Positions 61,893-64,000 of a stretch of 64,000 bases of DNA are shown here, one piece after another. The DNA comes from Schmidtea polychroa (taxonomy: Eukaryota): contig CM097887.1 in the NCBI GenBank assembly GCA_044892525.1, forward strand, positions 106,432,397 to 106,496,396. Reading direction: 5' to 3'. The position numbers and the translations under genes were made by a program. Each line of letters opens with the position of its first letter. Position 1 is the first letter of the stretch. Below the pieces are notes generated by a model. That model did not search any database. It was not told the DNA's origin and was given only the letters and a program-made list of their open reading frames with translations.

Positions 61893-64000
61893 AGCTCATT
61901 GCAATACCTTTCGAATGTGGTATAGAAATCCATATTATCAATATTATTGGTAAAGATATTATTTTTTCAAAATATTATTTTTTCAAGGTCATTTATATTT
62001 TCAAGGTCATTTATATTTTTAAGGTCATTCATATTTTCAAGGTCATATTTTAAAATTTAAATTTTTAGAGTTCCCACCAATGGAATTTATTGGCCGATGG
62101 CTAATTTTGAAGCCCACTGCAATACCTTTCGAATGACGTATAGATATTCATATTATCATTATTATTAATAAAGATATTATTTTTTCAAAATATTATTTTT
62201 CAAGGTCGTTTATTTTTTCAAGGTTCAAAATCTGTTCAAAGCTACTGTTTTAGTCAATACGAACCAGATGAAATAATCGGTTCCATCGCCAAAAGTGATG
62301 CTCATCCTATTTGAATATATGCCTGAAAGATTGAAAGATTCAAGTTGAAAGACCTGAAATTAGAAGACAATCACAAGAAAATATTATCCGGACAATTGAT
62401 GTCCGGACTGCAATACTTGCATAATTTGAATATCGCCCACTGCAATATCAATCCAAAAGACATTTTCGATGATATGGCAGAATTAAGATTAAAGATTTCA
62501 AACTTTGGAGGACGAATAATAAAATTGCGCTTATCGTCATATTAGAAAATGACCAGCGAGTCGAGAGATTAGTGCTCAACCATGCTTATCTAAGTAGAAG
62601 ATGGACAATCAAACCAGATACCGTGACAAAGGCGAACATTTCGTATTTGGAATTTACGGAGAGAACCGGTTGGTATACAATATATCAAGAAATAGTAAAT
62701 CTAATACCTCCCACAAAAGGAGAACTAACTGGCAAAGAAGGAAAGGCTAGATTAGTGAGTATTCCTGGTTGTAAAGGAATAAAGGCTTTGGATTGGTTTA
62801 GTATCAGAAAGGTAGCGAGTGTAAACCAGCCCCGCATAAATAAATTAATTAATAATTGTAGAGTTCAAAATACGTTAAACGGGACAACGAGAGATAAAAC
62901 CTCAACTTGGTTATTCTTAATCATGATAGGGGGAGTAATTTGCATGATTTTAATTTTGATATTAACCACCCTATGGATGCTTAGATTAAATATGCGGGAT
63001 ATTCGTTATTGGGAAATTATTTACGAAACCGAGGTATAGGGGGAAAGTCTCACCATATACTAGGAAGTGTAAATATATATTTTATCTATTTTATATGTTA
63101 TTTATATTAGTATGTAAACTAATGTGGGCTCAAATGAGCATCGGTAAAATCAGACATCAGCGTATGTCGACTTTGGTTACCCTGCGAGGGTCTATCACGA
63201 AAGTGATAAAAGCTGTTAATTATTTTATTTTTAGAAAAATGAATTATAACAGAGAACCAAAACCACCAGTCAAAGCAAATCGACGACACCCATTGGCAAC
63301 GTACAATTCCCAGACTCGAGTTGAAACTGAAGTATATAGTACATACAAAGAAGAGTACGTATACAGGTTCATCGGAACTACGGTCGCAGCAAAAATGAAT
63401 CACCTCACCTCAAACTATTGGTATTATCCCAGGAGAGTGGATATTCCAAACGATTTCAAATTCGCAGGAGGGCCTCGAAAGCAAATGATGATAACGGTTA
63501 TAAATAACCAAGGTAGATTAAAATTGGCGGAACTATGTAGAGATTATGGTTCATGTCCGAAATTGGAAAACATTTGGATCCATGCGATCAATAGGCCATT
63601 CACTGTGTTTATGGCGGGATTAGAGTTACCTGTTGAATTAGAAAAACAGTGTACCCTGGAGATATACCACGCTGATGGACGAGAACGGAATATTATGATC
63701 CAGGCAGCAGCAGTTGATACCATAATCGCAGTAGAAATCTTGGATTTCAGGAAGCCATACTCTATAGTTAGCAAAAACGAGCCAACTTGGATTTACAATG
63801 TAAATAAAGTTGATATACAGCAGTGTAAATCATTTGTGAGGAAGAAGTTAACCAAAGCCGAGGAGGACGAGGCTACAATTTTCATATCGGCAGGTTTTGC
63901 CAAATCCCGAATCGAACTGAAGGAGACAATTATCCAAATCGCAATTATGGATATGAGGGGAAATAATTTATTGAGTGCGGTAGTGACTCCCAGAGACCCT

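Larger units (their letters stand above)
56979..64000 (+). repeat. Tandem array of a 2881-bp unit, at least 2.4 copies (starts 56979, 59860, 62741)
   Basis: ORF offsets 57333/60214 and 57357/60238/63119 are exactly 2881; at least one substitution seen (59140 C vs 62020 T). Confidence 0.95.

Overview
AT-rich eukaryotic (animal) DNA with 45-50 nt GT-AG introns, most consistent with a planarian-type flatworm genome (inference; not provable from the window). The only clear host gene is a complete 3-exon alpha-tubulin (11188-12638). The rest is layered mobile DNA. (1) The end of a Polinton/Maverick (adintovirus-like) element at 1-3579, with a capsid gene, an unlisted ZnF-PLA2-integrase ORF, a tandem pair of tRNA-like Pol III cassettes and an AGTAGT..ACTACT foldback terminus. 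(2) A Russian-doll nest of TA-targeting Tc1/IS630-like elements, including an intact intron-containing transposase with an unusual DD28E spacing. (3) Several hAT elements: two intact transposases, three decayed ones and two MITEs. (4) A decayed Polinton DNA polymerase. (5) A Ty3/Gypsy gag remnant followed by a chuvirus-like glycoprotein remnant. (6) From about 45.9 kb to the end, a rearranged Ty3/Gypsy-associated complex lacking RT. It contains an intron-bearing GSK3-like pseudokinase, a DEDDh-like pseudo-exonuclease, an IAP-type RING remnant, a TM-anchored ORF and a satellite, arranged as a 2090-bp inverted repeat and a 2881-bp tandem repeat. Two assembly gaps are present. All family assignments come from motif recognition by eye, not database searches.
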